Source of the DNA: Candidatus Nomurabacteria bacterium
Lineage (GTDB): Bacteria > Patescibacteriota > Minisyncoccia > Phycocordibacterales > UBA9973
DNA length: 64,000 bases
Assembly (NCBI GenBank): GCA_963832025.1
Contig: CAWHSF010000003.1
Span: 294,606 to 358,605 of the forward strand
Direction of reading: 5' to 3'
The stretch's first letter is position 1, and the number at the start of each line of letters is the position of its first letter. Both the position numbers and the translations under genes were made by a program. Shown piece by piece: positions 45,448-55,129 of the stretch. Under the pieces are notes generated by a model. The model saw only the letters and a program-made list of their open reading frames with translations, had not been told where the DNA came from and did no database searches.

Positions 45448-45960
45448 TTGTGTTATAGTAAGTGTATGGATTTTTCCGATAAGGTAAAACAAAAAACTTG
45501 GGATTTTATTTATACCTTCTTTTTGCCCACCAGACAATTTCTGCTTAAAAAAGGAATAATTTGGCATAAAAGGGGAAGACAAAAATACCATCTTGGCTGG
45601 CTGGCTCCGGGTAGAAACTTGGAAGAACTCAAACATCACCTGAATGAAAAGTGGGGATTCGGCAATCACTTCATCGCTTGGATTGACCAAGATCAAGTTT
45701 TAAGTTGGAGAAAATTAACCGATTTTCAAGACCAATATCATTTGCGCGTTTACAAGGATGGAGAAATTTGCGGACATTTTGAATATACGCCCGAAGCGCA
45801 TCCATTTGAACACATGGAAGAAAAAGGGGAGATTAATAAAACATCCGACTTCTTGAGATTCTTGGGTGATTTTGTCGTGGAGAAGAAACATATTTCTCAT
45901 CTCAAAATGGACCCAGATGCATTTAATCCAAAATCAGAACTTACCATAGAAAAAATATAA
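45448..45960 (+). CDS. hypothetical protein
   Basis: 170-aa ORF, His-rich, no family recognised. Confidence 0.45.
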   Translation: MCYSKCMDFSDKVKQKTWDFIYTFFLPTRQFLLKKGIIWHKRGRQKYHLGWLAPGRNLEELKHHLNEKWGFGNHFIAWIDQDQVLSWRKLTDFQDQYHLRVYKDGEICGHFEYTPEAHPFEHMEEKGEINKTSDFLRFLGDFVVEKKHISHLKMDPDAFNPKSELTIEKI

Positions 45961-45964
45961 ACTT

Positions 45965-46981
45965 ATGGACTTTTTTGACATTTTTGATCAAGATTTTGCC
46001 ACTGAAAAAAAATGGATAAGTATTCAATCTGAACTTGTCGGAGTGGATGGAAACAAGAAAGATATTAAATTAGAAATAATGGAAAATGGTGAACCTCGCG
46101 CAGTTGCCTTTTTTGATATTGATGGAACTCTGGCGCATCTTTCAGCCATTCACGGCAAAGCTATCACTAAACTTTTTTCGGACCAAGAGCCAAAAGAATT
46201 AGAGGAAACTTATTACAAAGGTTTTAAGTTAGGAAACTCTTTTAGAGAATTTGATAGAATGCGAGGGATTTATGTTGACGGACACACCGAATGGAAAGAC
46301 GAAGAGGTTTATTTTAAAGAACGTTTTATTCCAAATAAAAAAGAAATTGATGAACCGGGGCACTCTGCGCACAATGTAGCCGAAGCAATTCTTGAAGAAT
46401 ATGGAAAAATTGCGGCAAGAATCTGTGATGAATTATACGAAAAAAATCCTGAAGAATTTGAAAAAGCAGACATTGCTCCAATATTTAAATTAGCAGAGAT
46501 GTATTCACGTCTTGGAATTCCAATGGTTGGTTTTACTGCAAATGCAAAAGTATTTGTGGAAAAACTTGCAAAATATTTAAAGTTGTCAGATATCTTTTTA
46601 GATATTGCGACCGATGAAACTATGTCTGGAGGTGGAAAAGAAGTTGCCATACATTATTTGATAAATGAAATGGAAAAAAAGGGAATCAAAATTCCGGAAG
46701 GACGGATGATATTTGTCGGTGATTCACTGCGAGGAGACATTGGTATCAGCCTGATCGCCAGAGAAAAAAACGGAGGAATTTCCGGGCAAGGTATTTTAGT
46801 CTTGAAAGACAAAGATGCTTTAATTGAAATAGAGAAACAAATAAATGAGAATCCAGAATTGCGTAATATTGTTGATAATATAAATGTTCATGGTTTTATC
46901 GTTGATGACGTGCCACTAGATGAAAATGGCAATCAAATGATGCTTTCTAGATTCAGAGATAAATTTCTTAAAAAACTTTAA
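45965..46981 (+). CDS. HAD-superfamily hydrolase
   Basis: motif I FFDIDGTLA, motif IV FVGDSLRGD. Confidence 0.7.
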   Translation: MDFFDIFDQDFATEKKWISIQSELVGVDGNKKDIKLEIMENGEPRAVAFFDIDGTLAHLSAIHGKAITKLFSDQEPKELEETYYKGFKLGNSFREFDRMRGIYVDGHTEWKDEEVYFKERFIPNKKEIDEPGHSAHNVAEAILEEYGKIAARICDELYEKNPEEFEKADIAPIFKLAEMYSRLGIPMVGFTANAKVFVEKLAKYLKLSDIFLDIATDETMSGGGKEVAIHYLINEMEKKGIKIPEGRMIFVGDSLRGDIGISLIAREKNGGISGQGILVLKDKDALIEIEKQINENPELRNIVDNINVHGFIVDDVPLDENGNQMMLSRFRDKFLKKL

Positions 46982-46986
46982 TTTAT

Positions 46987-48210
46987 TTAAATTTTGCTTT
47001 TAGATTCGGGCAACACTAAATCCCATAGTTTGCCCGCAACATTGTTGGGCTTGCCGAACATCACATAATGGTGGAGGTCAATAAACGGCAGACTATTGCA
47101 TTCAATGATTCCACAGTGCTGTTCTTCTTTCCAAGATTTGGTAATGTCTTCAATTATAAAGTCTACGCCAATTAACGGGTCATCTAAAAACTTGGCCACA
47201 TGTTCCAACATTGCAATATTATCCGGGTGAACAATATCCGTGACTTCAGTAGTTGTTCCGCCACAGCCACGACTGGTTTTTTGGGAAAATGTTATCACTT
47301 GGCCTTTTTGGGGAATGTCTTCCAATTTTATATTTTGTCTTTCCAACTCCACTTCTGCTTCTTTGTCTATGATTATTTTGTGAAAGATGGGCCCATCGCG
47401 TTCCGGTCTTTTGTTTTCTTCATCCAACAATTCTTGCAAGGTATGCATTCCATCGCCAAGAACCTCTGGCTGGTCGCGTTTGACTACGCCAACTAATTTC
47501 TCTCCAATTAAAGTTCCACGGAAAAGATATCCACGTAGTTCTTCTTCAACCACCACAACTGGTGAAAGTTTCTTAGCTTTTTCAAAACCCACTATCAGCT
47601 TTGCGGGTGTATCTATGTGAATCATCGTGTGTCGGCTACGGGAACCCAAATTTGGTTTGGTGATAACAGATGTTTTTTGTGCTTTTTGCAAATCATTAAA
47701 AATTTTTAATGCTCCTCTTTTTGTCAAAGCGGTTCCGCCTCTTGCAACAGGCAGCCCTTCTTCCAAAAACTTTTTTTTCATGATGCCTTTATTGTCCATC
47801 CATTTAAGCGTCGGAGAATCCTTAAATCCCGGGCGAGGGAGCCCATCAAAAAAAATTGTTTTGTTTTTCCCGCCTTGGCGTGGGTCTTTATATCGAGCGA
47901 TAAAAGTATCTCTAATTGGACCAAAATGGAATTCCTGCATTTTTATGCCACGCGCAGCTGCTTCGTCCCAAAAACATCTTGCTCGCCAAGTGTCTTTTTT
48001 GTCAGGTTTATCGGTGTAATGTCCAAGTCTCAAAAAAACCATTAGTTTAAAAAACGGGATAGTCATCGCATCTGCCAGTTTTTCCGCAGAGTTACTGAAC
48101 ATCCTTTCCATCAAATCAAAGAATGGCTCATCAATATAACCCAAAACTACAGTGGTGTAAGCTACGAAGTGATTTTCTTGCGCTGGTTCACAATCCTTAC
48201 AAAATTTCAT
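46987..48210 (-). CDS. ATP-grasp domain protein (sugar-transfer-associated / RimK-like)
   Basis: ATP-grasp fold pattern; operon with GT4 and PAP2. Confidence 0.55.
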   Translation of the reverse strand: MKFCKDCEPAQENHFVAYTTVVLGYIDEPFFDLMERMFSNSAEKLADAMTIPFFKLMVFLRLGHYTDKPDKKDTWRARCFWDEAAARGIKMQEFHFGPIRDTFIARYKDPRQGGKNKTIFFDGLPRPGFKDSPTLKWMDNKGIMKKKFLEEGLPVARGGTALTKRGALKIFNDLQKAQKTSVITKPNLGSRSRHTMIHIDTPAKLIVGFEKAKKLSPVVVVEEELRGYLFRGTLIGEKLVGVVKRDQPEVLGDGMHTLQELLDEENKRPERDGPIFHKIIIDKEAEVELERQNIKLEDIPQKGQVITFSQKTSRGCGGTTTEVTDIVHPDNIAMLEHVAKFLDDPLIGVDFIIEDITKSWKEEQHCGIIECNSLPFIDLHHYVMFGKPNNVAGKLWDLVLPESKSKI

Positions 48211-48853
48211 TAATTTTTTTTGAGTTAAAAATTTTCCACTCTTTTTTATAGAAAACCTGGCAGATATGGAAAATACTATAGGTTATAAAGAAAGCCGACA
48301 AAACATCAATGGAGTAATGCAAATGTCCCAAGAGCACGACGACGGCGAACATAGCGGAAAATCCAAGAAAGGTCACTCGTAGAGTTTTGTTTTCCCAAAA
48401 AATTAAAGCGAGCAGAAACGGCAGACCGGTGTGTCCGGAAAAGAAAAGATCATTGCCGGAAAAAATTCCGTAAAAAGCTTCTTTGTTAAAAAATACCGAA
48501 TTAATGATGGCGTGAGTAGGGAATGGGCTGATGTGGGTCAAGCTGACAAAAACCGATCTGATTAAGGTAAAAGTTCCGACACTTTTCATTATAAATGGTG
48601 TACAGTTAATTTTTTTTATACAGACAAAAAGACCTACCAAAAATAGAGTCACGGATCCCCACACAAAAATTCCACCCACAGCATATACGCGAGTGTTGGA
48701 AAGTATGATATCGGTGACTGAAAAGCTTGAAGAACGGCTGACATAGCCGGTGATGAAAAATTGAGTGATTAGGCTTACTCCCAACAAAACCAAACCTTCC
48801 ATAAAAGAAACGAGAAACTTCGTATCTTTAAAATAATCTTTATAAGACCGCAT
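48197..48853 (-). CDS. PAP2-superfamily membrane phosphatase
   Basis: FFSGHTG (PSGH) and GHLHYSIDV (SRx5Hx3D) motifs; 6 TM. Confidence 0.7.
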   Translation of the reverse strand: MRSYKDYFKDTKFLVSFMEGLVLLGVSLITQFFITGYVSRSSSFSVTDIILSNTRVYAVGGIFVWGSVTLFLVGLFVCIKKINCTPFIMKSVGTFTLIRSVFVSLTHISPFPTHAIINSVFFNKEAFYGIFSGNDLFFSGHTGLPFLLALIFWENKTLRVTFLGFSAMFAVVVLLGHLHYSIDVLSAFFITYSIFHICQVFYKKEWKIFNSKKINEIL

Positions 48854-48870
48854 ACGATGATTATAGCAGA

Positions 48871-49701
48871 TTAATTACTATTCAGTAAAGATTCTTTGTT
48901 TTTTCCTAAAAATGATTCTATCGCTTCGGAGATTTCTTTGAAATTGTTGCGTGCGGAATCATGAGTGGCATTTGGAATGATGACTATTTCTGCACCTCCT
49001 ATTTTTTCTTTTAAGCGTAAGACATTCTTGACCGGCACCATTCCATCTTTTTCTCCGTGAATTATTAGGGTCGGTATGTGAACGTTTTGTAAATTATATT
49101 CTTGTTCCTTTTCGAAGGAATGTCGGAGGGTGTACATATGCGCTCGGAGTCCGGTATTGCTTATATCTGCCCAATTACGCCCTAAATCCCACTCGGACAC
49201 ATTTATGTATTTTGAATAATCTACATGTCCACGCGGTTTTGGATTCCAGGGTAGGATCGATACGATTTTTGTGATGAGCCAAAAAATCGGCCTAATTATT
49301 TTCGCCGTGGGTTCCTCGTTTAAAAATATTTCCGGTGAAGTCATTATATTTCCGAGCAGAACGTCTTGATGTTTCTCTATATATTTTAACGCTATGAGTT
49401 CTCCAAAAGAATTTGTGATTAAAATAAATTTTTTAATTTGCAGATATTTTACCAGCTCCTCCAAATCGTTCGAAAAATTTCCTATTTCGTAGTCGGAATA
49501 ATTTGGATATTTTTTTGACATTCCGTGTCCACGAATATCATATAATAAAATATTATATTTATTTTCAAATATTGGTTCGTAGTTTAGCCAAGCAGAACAA
49601 GACCCAGAAACTCCATGCACAAATACCAGAGTCAGTCTGCCTGGGACAAACTCATTGGTCCGGTAGTAGATTCTTTTGTTGTCTAAATAATATTCTTTCA
49701 T
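48871..49701 (-). CDS. alpha/beta-fold hydrolase
   Basis: FVHGVSGS, ITNSFG (GxSxG), HG..D..H triad. Confidence 0.75.
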   Translation of the reverse strand: MKEYYLDNKRIYYRTNEFVPGRLTLVFVHGVSGSCSAWLNYEPIFENKYNILLYDIRGHGMSKKYPNYSDYEIGNFSNDLEELVKYLQIKKFILITNSFGELIALKYIEKHQDVLLGNIMTSPEIFLNEEPTAKIIRPIFWLITKIVSILPWNPKPRGHVDYSKYINVSEWDLGRNWADISNTGLRAHMYTLRHSFEKEQEYNLQNVHIPTLIIHGEKDGMVPVKNVLRLKEKIGGAEIVIIPNATHDSARNNFKEISEAIESFLGKNKESLLNSN

Positions 49702-50954
49702 TTTCCTAATGCATTATGGTAAACTTCCTCTAGTTTTTTTACACTCTCGTGTATATCATATTTTTGAACCATCTTGAAGCTAACCTCACCCATCCTCTCT
49801 CTCAATTCTTTGTCTTGAATTAATTTCAAAGTTTGCTCGGCTAGGTCTTTAGGATCCAAGGTTTTAAACAAAAATCCGTTGCCATTCACAAAATAACGGG
49901 AAGCGCTCATTTTTGTATCGGAAATAATAATCGGTTTTCCACAAGCCATCGCTTCAAGCACCACCATACCTTCCAGTTCCGCGAGCGACGGCAAAATAAA
50001 AATATCGCAGGCATTAAAAGCCAAGATTTTATCTTCTTCACTGACCAATCCTAAAAAGGTGATATGTTTTCGCATTTTTAGATTGTCCACTAATTTTTCT
50101 AATTTATTTCGCAAGATTCCACCGCCCGCAATCATTAGATACACATTAGGATTTACTTTGAGTATCTCTGGTATTGCTTTGATGAGTGTATCCACGGATT
50201 TTTCCGGGAACAGACGCCCGACGAAAAGCAATTTTATTTTATCTTTCGGTATTTCAAATCTTTCGTAAAAATTTCCAATTGGAAATTTCTGAAAATGTTT
50301 CAAATTTATTCCATTGCTGATGACAATCGATGGCTGGTCACGCTTGTTTAATTTATGTAGCAGATTTTTTGCCATTTCGGAGGGATAGATTATTATTTCT
50401 GCTTTACTGTAAACCCACATCAGATATTTGTTCCATAAGCTAAATAAAATGGGCTGAATAATATGGGGGGTGTCGGCAAATAAATTTTCCGGTTGCGAGT
50501 GCGAATGCGCCACGATTTTTATATGAAGTGCTCGCGCTGCTTTGATGGCGACAACCGCTCCCGACATTGGCAGAATAATATGCACGATGTTTATTTTTTC
50601 TTCCAGAAAAACTTTTTTTAATTCATTCACTGTCGGAAAGGCTAAATGCCAGCCGTTTGATTTAGGAATAGGAATACTGCGATAATGATAAAGCCTGATG
50701 CCATCGTAATAATCGTTGTTCGCGTGTTCCTTAGAGGTTGCTCCGACAAAAATGACATGATGTCCTTGTTCTTTTAATAATTTGGAAAATCGCAAAATAG
50801 ACACAAGCACTCCGGCTTTGTCTCCGCCAATCGGGTCGCAAATCATCGCGATATTCAATTTCCCGGTAGTAGATTTTTGCAATGCAAGTTTACTTGCGCG
50901 CTCTGCGCTTTGCGAAAACTCACTACCGGGTTTTCCTCTTTTTTCTTCAGGCAT
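49698..50954 (-). CDS. GT4-family glycosyltransferase
   Basis: EGMVVLEAMACGKPIIISD (EX7E motif), two Rossmann halves. Confidence 0.85.
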   Translation of the reverse strand: MPEEKRGKPGSEFSQSAERASKLALQKSTTGKLNIAMICDPIGGDKAGVLVSILRFSKLLKEQGHHVIFVGATSKEHANNDYYDGIRLYHYRSIPIPKSNGWHLAFPTVNELKKVFLEEKINIVHIILPMSGAVVAIKAARALHIKIVAHSHSQPENLFADTPHIIQPILFSLWNKYLMWVYSKAEIIIYPSEMAKNLLHKLNKRDQPSIVISNGINLKHFQKFPIGNFYERFEIPKDKIKLLFVGRLFPEKSVDTLIKAIPEILKVNPNVYLMIAGGGILRNKLEKLVDNLKMRKHITFLGLVSEEDKILAFNACDIFILPSLAELEGMVVLEAMACGKPIIISDTKMSASRYFVNGNGFLFKTLDPKDLAEQTLKLIQDKELRERMGEVSFKMVQKYDIHESVKKLEEVYHNALGK

Positions 50955-50955
50955 T

Positions 50956-51537
50956 TTATTTTTGATCGTTGGGCGGAACTGTTCGCATATTAAATTTATA
51001 TTTTCGTAAAAAGATGACTACGAGAAAAATCAAAGCGAGAACACTGACAAATGCCGCGTAATAATTCAAATATTTGCCGATTACCACGTAAGCATGTCCG
51101 AATAAAATTCCCAACATCAACATGACAAATGATTGGATGACGGAAATCGTCGCGCATGTCTTGAAATATTTTTTATACGGCACACGGATGGCGCCGGCGG
51201 CGACTAGTCCGGTAAAGCCGATGCCGTGTACGAGTTTGCTCATGGCGATGGCTTTTTTGTGATTGTCTCGAAAATATAATTTTGCTTTTTCCAGCTTCTC
51301 GTCCGTGACCTTGAAATATTTTAAAAATCTTTTCCCCGAATAACCCATGTAATAAATCAATCCATCACCGACGATGTCACCCAAAACCATGACAACATAG
51401 ACTAAAAACGGATTGAAAAATTTCAATGTCACCAAAAATCCGCAAATGACCGTAACGATTGGTCCTTCAATAATAGACAAGGGGATTAGAATAATATATT
51501 TATAGGTCAACAACAGTTGAATCATATATGAGAACAT
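50956..51537 (-). CDS. DedA/SNARE-associated family membrane protein
   Basis: 193 aa, VLGDIVGDGLIYYMG, DedA topology. Confidence 0.8.
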   Translation of the reverse strand: MFSYMIQLLLTYKYIILIPLSIIEGPIVTVICGFLVTLKFFNPFLVYVVMVLGDIVGDGLIYYMGYSGKRFLKYFKVTDEKLEKAKLYFRDNHKKAIAMSKLVHGIGFTGLVAAGAIRVPYKKYFKTCATISVIQSFVMLMLGILFGHAYVVIGKYLNYYAAFVSVLALIFLVVIFLRKYKFNMRTVPPNDQK

Positions 51538-51565
51538 TATATGGTATTTTAATGTTTTACCTACT

Positions 51566-51593
51566 ATTGACTTTTGTCTATTTTCTGGTATAT
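51566..51593 (+). promoter_or_regulatory. promoter TTGACT-16-TATATTGTAAA (copy 1)
   Basis: -35 51566-51571, -10 51588-51593. Confidence 0.45.
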
Positions 51594-51689
51594 TGTAAAG
51601 GAATTTCAGGTTCTATCGCAAGTTTTTTGACGAGTTTCTTGACATCAACCGAGCAAATTTTGCTCTCAACCGCTTTTCAGGAGATACCC

Positions 51690-52262
51690 ATGACGCATAA
51701 CTTTTTGGAGGGAATCTTGTGGATTCTTTTCTTCCTGGGGCCGCTGGGAACTATGGCCGCTCTCTGGGTTTTGCTACTAGCCGTTCCGGTCGGTCGCCGA
51801 ATCCTCGAAGGGAAAAGCTACGATGTTTCCCTCGCCTCAAACTACGGGGATAAGGGTCTGACGCTTATTGCGCTAATTGGCGCGTACATTATTTCGTTTC
51901 ACCAACCCATCTTCGTCCCGGCTTGGTTGCGAGACGGAGATGTTCACAGCGCGATCTACTTCGTGGCATTGATGTTTTGCTTCATCATCAGCGCTTTCAC
52001 CTTCAAAAAAAGAGAAGCAAACTTTGTGGATGTGTTCCGCGACGTGGTGATTGCGCCGGTGTTCATTCTCATGATAATCGTCGTTGTGCCTGTCATTTAC
52101 CTGAACGGCACATGGTTAGAAAAATCGGTAACAGTTACCTGTCTTATGCTTTGGGGGGTGCTGGGGGTTGTTGACCTTGTGACCGGCAGATTTAACCAGC
52201 AGCAATGGATGAGACAGCAAGAACAAAAACGTCAAGATAGGAGGCACTTCATCTTTTCTTGA
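51690..52262 (+). CDS. polytopic membrane protein, paralog A (start 51690 after cAGGAGatacccATG)
   Basis: ~5 TM; shares VIAPVFILMIIVVVPVIYLNGTWLEKS block with paralog B. Confidence 0.6.
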   Translation: MTHNFLEGILWILFFLGPLGTMAALWVLLLAVPVGRRILEGKSYDVSLASNYGDKGLTLIALIGAYIISFHQPIFVPAWLRDGDVHSAIYFVALMFCFIISAFTFKKREANFVDVFRDVVIAPVFILMIIVVVPVIYLNGTWLEKSVTVTCLMLWGVLGVVDLVTGRFNQQQWMRQQEQKRQDRRHFIFS

Positions 52263-52263
52263 C

Positions 52264-52378
52264 TGGTCCAGCTAGAGAACCGAAATTTCCAGCAGCGCAT
52301 CGGGCGAGATGTAGTGAATGTCTTGCCCACGAGCCCTGAAGCAGAAATCAGCTTTCAGGGTTTTTGTTTTGCCATTTT
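52264..52378 (+). terminator. ~115-bp direct repeat E1 containing two hairpins and T-run
   Basis: CGGGCAAGA..TCTTGCCC and CCCTGAAGC..GCTTTCAGGG+TTTTTGTTTT; near-identical to 53053-53168. Confidence 0.6.
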
Positions 52379-52401
52379 TATAAATATTTTCCTGAATTAC
52401 C

Positions 52402-52430
52402 ATTGACAAATGACGTATTTTCTGCTATAT
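52402..52430 (+). promoter_or_regulatory. promoter TTGACA-17-TATATTGTAAA (copy 2)
   Basis: -35 52402-52407, -10 52425-52430. Confidence 0.45.
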
Positions 52431-52517
52431 TGTAAATGAGTGTTCTGTAACAAAAGCAGATTTTTTCTCAATCGGGAGGAAAAATTTTGCTCCACAACCT
52501 ACCTTGAAGGAGGTCCC

Positions 52518-53051
52518 ATGTTAATTTTTCGGTTGCTCACAGTGTCGCCCATCTGGATGACAGCATTTGTGTTGTATATCGGTACCATCGGCGTGCTGTT
52601 TGTCTTGCGAGATAAGTGCGAGGGACTGTATTATCAAACCTCGTACTCGGCCCAGCTCGGCGATGGCGGACTGATTGTCATCGTGCTTATGGTCGCCGAG
52701 ATTCTGAAGCAGGGCGCATCCATGCCGACATGGCTACAGAGTAATTGGTATCACGCAATGGCCATTGTCGTCGCAGTAGCACTTGGATTGGTCTGGGTGT
52801 TTCGGGGTCACCCCAAGGAGTGGGCCGACTATTACCACCATCTCGTGATAGCGCCGTTACTATGCTATTTCGGTGTTACCCTTGTGCCAGTAATTTACCT
52901 GAATGGCACAAGAGGAGAGAAAGAATCCACAATCCTTCTCGTGCTTTTCTGGGCATTGCTGTGCTGGTACGATGCGACCGCCCACCGCCTTGACCAGCGG
53001 AATTATCACTTACTGGGAGAACATCTCGATGAGATGATGCGGGAGGGCTAA
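52518..53051 (+). CDS. polytopic membrane protein, paralog B (start 52518 after GAAGGAGGtcccATG)
   Basis: shares HLVIAPLLCYFGVTLVPVIYLNGTRGEKES block with paralog A. Confidence 0.6.
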   Translation: MLIFRLLTVSPIWMTAFVLYIGTIGVLFVLRDKCEGLYYQTSYSAQLGDGGLIVIVLMVAEILKQGASMPTWLQSNWYHAMAIVVAVALGLVWVFRGHPKEWADYYHHLVIAPLLCYFGVTLVPVIYLNGTRGEKESTILLVLFWALLCWYDATAHRLDQRNYHLLGEHLDEMMREG

Positions 53052-53052
53052 A

Positions 53053-53168
53053 ACAAAGTCCAGCTGGAGACTTAGAAACATCTAGCACATCGGGCAAGAT
53101 GTAGTGAATGTCTTGCCCACGAGCCCTGAAGCAGAAATCAGCTTTCAGGGTTTTTGTTTTGCCATTTT
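53053..53168 (+). terminator. direct repeat E2 (copy of 52264-52378)
   Basis: same two hairpins + T-run. Confidence 0.6.
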
Positions 53169-53178
53169 GAAATAATTT

Positions 53179-53883
53179 CTAATGCGCCACGGTGAAAGCT
53201 ATTACTTTTCGCGCGCCGGACTTTTTCAAAGTCCGGCGCGCTTCGTTCAAGGTCGCGCCGGTGGTGGTTATATCGTCTATCAAAATTATATTTTTCTTTT
53301 TGATTAGCTCCTCATTTTTTACGGCAAACGAGCCAACGATATTTTTTAATCTTATACTTCGGTCCTTGATGCGCGCTTGATGTTCGGTGTCCTTGGGTTT
53401 AATTAAAATATTGTTTGCAAGAGTAAATGTCATATTTCGCCCCTCTCCAAAAAAGGTTTTTGGAGAGGGGTTGGGGGTGAGGTTTTGTCTTTTTGATATT
53501 CTTACCAACTCCCGACAAATCAATTCCGCTTGGTTGAACCCGCGTTCACGGTATCTCTTGGCCGAAAGGGGAATAGGAATTAAAATCGGATTATTAAAAT
53601 TCTCCATGAGAGAAAGTTCCGAAAGCTCTTGCAGAATATTTTCATAAATATTCTCCGCAAAAATATTCGCCAATCTTTTCTTACCACTATATTTTAGAAG
53701 CCACAAAGATTTTTTGATAACCGGATGGCGATAATCATACAAAGGAAAAATCCATGTCGCGCTTTCACGTTCAGCTGTTCCCACTTCGGCCAAGCAAGTG
53801 CTACATAAATTTATCCCACTTTTACCGCAAGAAATACATTTTGGCGGGAACACTATATCCAATATGGTGTTTAAAAACCGCAT
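53179..53883 (-). CDS. comF: ComF-family phosphoribosyltransferase (competence protein ComFC-like) carrying in-frame palindromic-repeat insertion
   Basis: N-terminal CxxC..CxxC double zinc ribbon, C-terminal PRTase ILIDDITTTGAT; repeat F5 at 53437-53484 encodes NLTPNPSPKTFFGEGRN. Confidence 0.8.
   Translation of the reverse strand: MRFLNTILDIVFPPKCISCGKSGINLCSTCLAEVGTAERESATWIFPLYDYRHPVIKKSLWLLKYSGKKRLANIFAENIYENILQELSELSLMENFNNPILIPIPLSAKRYRERGFNQAELICRELVRISKRQNLTPNPSPKTFFGEGRNMTFTLANNILIKPKDTEHQARIKDRSIRLKNIVGSFAVKNEELIKKKNIILIDDITTTGATLNEARRTLKKSGARKVIAFTVAH
53437..53484. repeat. repeat family F variant F5, located inside comF coding sequence (in frame)
   Basis: tcgCCCCTCTCCaaaaaaggtttttGGAGAGGGGttgggggtgaggtt. 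Confidence 0.7.
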
Positions 53884-53912
53884 TTATGGTATAATTTTAG
53901 CACAGATATTAT

Positions 53913-55052
53913 ATGAATAATAAAAATTTGCTGAAAAATCTTTTGGCGAGCTTTAATAAGGGGAAGGGCGGAGATAGTGCTGTCGGCGTTGATATAGGGT
54001 CTTCGGCAATCAAAGTAGTTGAGATAAAAAGAAAAGGAGGTAAGGCAGTGCTAGAGACTTACGGAGCGATAGAGCTCGGTCCTTATGGTGACATGGATGC
54101 TGGACGTGTTACAAATTTGCCGATTGATAAAATTGTTTTAGCTTTAAAAGAAGTTCTCAAGCAGTCCAGCGTAGAGAATACTTCTTTGGCCATGTCGATT
54201 CCCATTCAATCAAGTTTGATTTTTACTATTGAGCTTCCAGAAACCGTCGGCGATACTGAAATAGCTGCCATTGTCCCCACTGAAGCTCGCAAATATATTC
54301 CAGTTCCGATTACCGAAGTTTCAATTGATTATTTTGTGTTACCCAAAAAAGAAGCTTCTTTTTCGGAAATGAATGCTGAGCCAAGCAGTGCCGATAAAGC
54401 TAAAGCGCAGACAGAAAAAATAAATGTTTTGGTAATTGCTACGCAAAACGATGCCGTGGCAAAATATCGTTCAATTATTTCGCAGTGCAATTTTGATGCT
54501 TCCTTTTTTGAAATTGAGATTTTCTCTTCTATTCGCGCAAATTTTGAGCACGAATTATCGCCAGTCTTACTGGTGGACTTTGGCGCATCTCGCACCAAGC
54601 TTTCGATTGTTGAATTTGGTTTGGTGAAGACCTATCACACGATAGACAGAGGCGGAGCTGATATTTCCAATTCTATCGCGCAGTCTTTAAATATTTCTTT
54701 TACCGAAGCCGAAAAAATGAAAAAGGAGTTTGGGTTTTTTGAAAATCCGGCGGAAAAAAGTTTGAGTGACATCATTAAAATTCATATCAATGATATTTTT
54801 TCCGAGACCAATAATGTTTTGTTGGGATATGAAAAGAAATATAACCGCACTATCAGTAAAATCATATTCACCGGAGGAGGTTCGCTCTTAAAAGGGCTGA
54901 AAGAAGTTGCAGCCAATAATTTTCAAACAGAAATAGAAGTCGGTCGTCCATTTTCCAAAGTCGGTGCACCGGAGTTTTTGGAAAAGGTTTTAGATACCAT
55001 GGGGCCGGAATTTGCCGTTGCTCTCGGACTCGCACTACGAAAATTGCAATAA
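53913..55052 (+). CDS. pilM: type IV pilus assembly protein PilM (actin-like ATPase)
   Basis: VGVDIGSSAIKVVEI... actin fold; precedes pilN/pilO. Confidence 0.85.
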   Translation: MNNKNLLKNLLASFNKGKGGDSAVGVDIGSSAIKVVEIKRKGGKAVLETYGAIELGPYGDMDAGRVTNLPIDKIVLALKEVLKQSSVENTSLAMSIPIQSSLIFTIELPETVGDTEIAAIVPTEARKYIPVPITEVSIDYFVLPKKEASFSEMNAEPSSADKAKAQTEKINVLVIATQNDAVAKYRSIISQCNFDASFFEIEIFSSIRANFEHELSPVLLVDFGASRTKLSIVEFGLVKTYHTIDRGGADISNSIAQSLNISFTEAEKMKKEFGFFENPAEKSLSDIIKIHINDIFSETNNVLLGYEKKYNRTISKIIFTGGGSLLKGLKEVAANNFQTEIEVGRPFSKVGAPEFLEKVLDTMGPEFAVALGLALRKLQ

Positions 55053-55129
55053 GGAAGCCGGAATAACGTCGGAGTTATACACAATTTGCTTCTTTAAAAG
55101 TTGCTTTTGTTATATAATATTGGAGTAGA

